From: Macrostomum hystrix
Taxonomy: Eukaryota; Animalia; Platyhelminthes
Reading direction: 5' to 3'
Assembly (NCBI GenBank): GCA_950097015.1
Contig: CATNEN010000039.1
Coordinates: 13,950,001 to 14,014,000, forward strand
DNA: 64,000 nt
A program made the position numbers and the translations under genes. The notes under the pieces were generated by a model that was not told the DNA's origin, searched no databases, and worked only from the letters and a program-made list of their open reading frames with translations. Below are positions 58,863 through 64,000 of this stretch, piece after piece (the stretch's first letter is position 1; each line of letters opens with the position of its first letter).

Positions 58863-61184
58863 TCAATATCTAATGTACCAATATTAAATACTCGTTATTT
58901 TTTTGATAAGAAAGTCTATAAATTATAAAATTCAACTTTTTGGTGCCGATATATTTTTGTCTATTTTTCATCGCGTCGTACATATTTACATTTTCATACA
59001 TATTTCCTATTTTAATCGGCTTACGAGGATTCTGTTGTTGCCATTTTTAGAATCGCTTGATGGAGAAACCCCTCTTTAGACTCTCCTACTCTCCAAACAC
59101 GTGACTGGCCTTTGCCTATGAAGGCCACAAAGGGGAATTTCTTGTTGCTATTTTTAGAATGCCCTTTGGGAAATCCATCTTACCTCCTCACCCTTTACTC
59201 CAAGCACGGGACTCATCGGTAGATTTATTAATTTTTTATGACTGACCTAGGTTGCCTATTTTAAGTGCTTATTTGTTTCTCATTTTTATGTATTTTCATT
59301 CAATTTTTGGCGTAAAAATGGAATATATAAATATAGATCGGATAAAGTACTGTAGGTAGAATGTACGAATCTAGTTTTTTTGTTGCCACTAATTTCTTGG
59401 TGTCGGCCATACATACGATAACAGTATGAACTTATCAACAGTTTTTACTATATGTATGTAGACTTCCTTAATTCAAAAGGTTTTCCATTAAACATAAGTT
59501 ATATGTTATTATTAATACACGTATTAGTCCTGAGTCTTGTAGAAATTTTTAGAGTGCATATAGTATCCACTGGTAGACCTTAAATTAAATAATTCCTTGC
59601 GTGTTTTTTCCTAAATGACAAGATTCAACCAATCAATCAAAAATACCAGATTTTTATAGTACATAATCTTTAATAACACATTCCTGCATAAACAAGCGTA
59701 ATTGTAAAACTGTCGTACTTGTGTTTCATGCTTAAGGACAACATCAGGAAGTTATTATGGGGGGGTGATTATGAAATACCCTGAGGGGTATTATAAAGTT
59801 AACTCAATTTGCAATCAATGCAGTTTAGTTGCTAAAGTTATATTTTTAAATACGCAAAGCGAGAAGCCAGGAGGAATTAAAAAGAATTGTCTTTGCTCCG
59901 CGAAAGTGGGGCAAACCTTGCTAGTCGACTATACTAAGAATTGAAGGTTTTCTATCGATTTTTCTCGGAGGGATTTTAGAAGTCTAGTAACTTGCTCGTA
60001 GAACGCAACCGTTTAAAATGAAAGTAAATAAGTATTTGTACTTTACTCTGACATCTCACTCATACGCCTTGAGTATTGCATAAATAGTTCACTTCATCAC
60101 GCATTTATTTATTGTCTGAATATGAGCAGCCAGACTTGGATAAATATCTGACAATGATCGAATTAAATGGCAAACGAATAAATATGACATATTATAATGG
60201 TGATTTGAAACTAATCCAACTGCCTGCCGAATGCTTTAGTTATAAATTTTAACTTTTCAGTACGATCTACTTCTGGTCAAAAAATTACATATTGAAAGCA
60301 AAATGAAAGCAGCTTTAATTTACATACTCGTAGAGAGGGCATTCTTTTAATAGCAGCAATCGAGTTGGCATTCAGTGACAGTTTATCTCTACTAATCGTG
60401 TGGGAAAAAAACGCAAAGACACAAACAGAAGTAAAACGTGGACAGATAGTTCTAGTTCTACAGTTAGAGTTTGTCCTATGCAGAATCTTCAAGGATTGTG
60501 CTATAGACTATCCATGGCAACTGTCTGTGAGCTAATTATAGTTCGTCTACGAGCTTATGAACCGCAGTTTTAATAAATAAAAGCGACCCACGGATCTACT
60601 GCCTTTAAAAGAACTTCTGTATCCGCCACCCACCTCACTCCGCTCACCCACCCCCTCACACCCACCTCATTACTAACTCCCACCCACCCACCTCACCCAA
60701 CTCACTCGAATTCTACAGTTATTCGAGATGCGATGCACAGAAGTCTTTAATGATTTTTACCGTTTTCAATAACTTTTTTGTTACTCCTTTATCATTCGAT
60801 AGACTGTATTGTAACCTAATCTATTTCCTACTTGCTGATTTAGTAGTTACTGGAACATGGCTTTTTTTTAATTAGAACTTACCATTGCACTCCTATACTT
60901 AAGTCATAAGTCATACAGCCACAGAATTGGCTAACAGATAACCATAGTAATATATGTTGTTCAGAAGCTGATTCTGTTAAATTTAATACAAAAATAACTC
61001 AAACTAAACTATTTGAGTTGAAAGAAAAATACACCTATAAATAGAGTTGTCTCCGGACGAATTGCCAAAGTACAGTAGCTAGTGAAGTTGAAACCATTAG
61101 AACTTTGGGCGCCAAGCTTCATCACAATTTGACAAGCAAACACGCTGCCTCACCGCAGCTACTGTTCCACCCGGATCTCTCCGG

Positions 61185-62830
61185 CTATTTCTGCGTCGAG
61201 GATTTCAAAACTGCTCTGAGGTAGCCGCCAAGCGAGATGGCAGGATCTGAGTCGTACATGCGCGGGAACTCCAGCTCTTGAAGGCCGGCGAGGCCTGAGC
61301 GCTCCTTTGTGTCCTTGCGCAAACAGCGGTCGACAAAGTCGCAAAATGGTTCGCTGAATGCGAAACTTGGCAATTTTGGCGGCTGCTGGTAGACAATGTA
61401 GGACAGAAGTTCGAATATTGCCATCTGGGTTGGACCATTCTGCGACTCACTCATGCCTGTAATTGACAGAAAAGTTTAACCACTTCACATTAAAAGCCAC
61501 TTCTCACACCAATCTCACTCCCTAAACTGAGCTCAATCCGCTCACCCACCTTACTCCTCACACCCACCTCATTACTCACTCCCACCTCATTACTCACCCA
61601 CACCCGCTCCGCTCACCCACCTCACTCCGCTCACCCACCTCACTCCGCTCACCCACCTCACTCCGCTCACCCACCTCACTCCGCTTACTCACCTCATTCC
61701 TCACACCCACCTCACTCGGCTCACCCGCCTGATTGCTTACTTCTCTCTTCGCCTACTTCTTCCACACGCGGAAAATTTTCAGAAACCTTTCAGCGGCCTT
61801 CCGTGCAGCGCAGCTTCCCGATGATCGTGCAGGTTCTGCTGCCGATCGCTGCTAAACACACTGGTGTAATCCCTGCTGTCTGGCTCTGGAATCGGATACC
61901 GGCCTGTCGACACCTCGATTAGGCTTAGCCCCAGAGACCAGATGTCCGATAGAATCGAATATTCCTCTCCGTTTAGCCGCTCCGGAGCCATGTAGGACCT
62001 AGTGCCGACAAAACTGTCGGCCATGCTGTCAATCAGCTGGCCGGAGACACCAAAGTCGCACAATTTGCACTCGCCCTCCAGGTTCACCAGAATGTTGGAC
62101 GGCTTCACGTCTCTGGCGAAAATTATGAGCTACTGTTACACCTGCATATCTAACTACTGTTACACCTGCATATATAACTACTGTTACACCTGCATATCTA
62201 ACTACTGTTACACCTGCATATCTAACTACTGATACACCTGCATATCTAACTACTGTTACACCTGCATATCTAACTACTGATACACCTGCATATCTAACTA
62301 CTGTTACACCTGCATATCTAACTACTGTTACACCTGCATATCTAACTACTGTTACACCTGCATATCTAACTACTGTTACACCTGCATATCTAACTACTGT
62401 TACACCTGCATATCTAACTACTGTTACACCTGCATATCTAACTACTGTTACACCTGCATATCTAACTACTGTTACACCTGCATATCAAGTCACTGTTACA
62501 CCTGCATATCAAGTCACTGTTACACCTGCATATCAAGTCACTGTTACATCTAGCTACACCTGCATATCTGGCTACAGTTCCCCAACCGTGAATCATTCCC
62601 AATCCTTACCTGTGAAGGCAGTTAATCTGTCGCAGGTATCCGAGTCCGCGCAGCACAGACTGTGTGATCTTGGCCACAATGGGTTCGGGCAGTCGGCCGG
62701 CCTGTTTCAGCACCAGGTCCAGGGATCCGGCGTTCATGAACTCCATGCAGATGCAGATGGTGGCGGATGAGTCGGCCAGGAATGAGCCGAAGTAGCCCAC
62801 AATGTAGGGGCTGTTGCACGAGTGCAGTAC
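61185..62830 (-). CDS. MAP2K1: MAP kinase kinase MEK1/2-like, 3' exons only: 62830-62610, 62112-61787, 61456-61185 (5' part beyond the window)
   Basis: [71 protein letters not shown]. Confidence 0.9.
61538..61730. repeat. 18-bp repeat CCACCTCACTCCGCTCAC (MEK intron; related patch at ~60625-60705)
   Basis: Tandem units. Confidence 0.8.
62130..62570. repeat. 24-bp minisatellite TACTGTTACACCTGCATATCTAAC (MEK intron)
   Basis: Tandem units. Confidence 0.95.
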
Positions 62831-62939
62831 CTGCCAAATAAATTCAGCAGTTCGCTTTGAATAGTCAAATCATCTTTAACGAACACATTTCTACTTTTGG
62901 CCTTTAGATTTTGGATGGTTTAGAAGTTTCTTAAGTGAA

Positions 62940-64000
62940 ACGATTCCTGACTGGGACGATTCCATGGTATGACGATTCCATGGTATGACGATTCCATGGT
63001 ATGACGATTCCATGGTATGACGATTCTAAAGTGAGACGAATCTAAGTTGAGATGATTCTAAGGTGAGACGATTCTAAGGTGAGACGATTCTAAAGTGAGA
63101 CGATTCTAAGGTGAGACGATTCTAAGGTGAGACGATTCTAAGGTGAGACGATTCTAAGGTGAGACGATTCTAAAGTGAGACGATTCTAAGGTGAGACGAT
63201 TCTAAAGTGAGACGATTCTAAGGTGAGACAATTCTAAGGTGAGACGATTCTAAGGTGAGACGATTCTAAAGTGAGACGATTCTAAGGTGAGACGATTCTA
63301 GGGTGAGACGATTCTAAGGTGAGACGATTCTAAGGTGAGACGATTCTAAAGTGAGACGATTCTAAGGTGAGACGATTCTAGGGTGAGACGATTCTAAGGT
63401 GAGACGATTCCAGGGAGTTAGACGATTCCAGGGAGTGAGACGATTCCAGGGAGTTAGACGATTCCAGGGAGTTAGACGATTCTAGGGAGTTAGACGATTC
63501 TAGGGAGTTAGACGATTCTAGGGAGTTAGACGATTCTAGGGAGTTAGACAATTCCAGGGAGTGAGACGATTCTAGGGAGTTAGACGATTCTAGGGAGTTA
63601 GACGATTCTAGGGAGTTAGACAATTCCAGGGAGTGAGACGATTCTAGGGAGTTAGACGATTCCAGGGAGTGAGACGATTCCAGGTAGTGAGACGATTCCA
63701 GGGAGTTAGACGATTCTAGGGAGTGGGACGATTTCAGAGTGAAGCGATTCTAAAGTTAGACGATTCCAGAATGAGACGATTCCAGAAGGAGACGATTCTA
63801 AAGTTAGACGATTCCAGAATGAGACGATTCCAGAATGAGACGATTCCAGAAGGAGACGATTCCAGAATGAGAAGATTCTAAAGTTAGACGATTCCAGAAT
63901 GAGACGATTCTAAGGTCAGACGATTCTAAGGTGAGACGATTCTAAGGTGAGACGATTCTAAGGTGAGACGATTCTAAGGTGAGACGATTCTAAGGTGAGA
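62940..64000. repeat. 16/18-bp compound minisatellite GACGATTCTAAGGTGA / GACGATTCTAGGGAGTTA (MEK intron, runs off the window)
   Basis: Tandem units sharing a GACGATTC core. Confidence 0.95.

Overview
Eukaryotic (metazoan) genomic DNA with spliced genes whose introns are often almost completely filled by intron-private minisatellites. This organisation suggests a free-living flatworm such as Macrostomum, which is inference only. I reconstructed these genes by hand from GT-AG sites with phase checks: an Mx-like dynamin GTPase (-, 6 coding exons), WBP4/FBP21 (-), a secreted N-formylglutamate-amidohydrolase-like gene (+), a 10-exon gene of unknown function that the ORF track misses (+, 32564-40029), an intronless ER-type JmjC/cupin gene (RDEL) that appears to sit on the same strand inside that gene's 4th intron, a quaking/STAR KH gene (-), TMEM248 (+) and the 3' part of a MEK1/2 kinase (-). 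Mobile DNA includes a decayed Sola2-type transposase with a PHD finger, split by a precisely bounded Helitron that itself contains a hAT MITE. There are also two more hAT MITEs, a 4-copy TTAA-flanked MITE family, a 3-copy tRNA-derived SINE and a decayed LINE. Best leads: (1) clustered ISRE/IRF-type motifs upstream of an invertebrate Mx with a non-canonical G4 motif; (2) the same-strand nested JmjC gene with an HxH...H metal site; (3) inverted minisatellite arrays bracketing an exon; (4) direct repeats at minisatellite-intron junctions.
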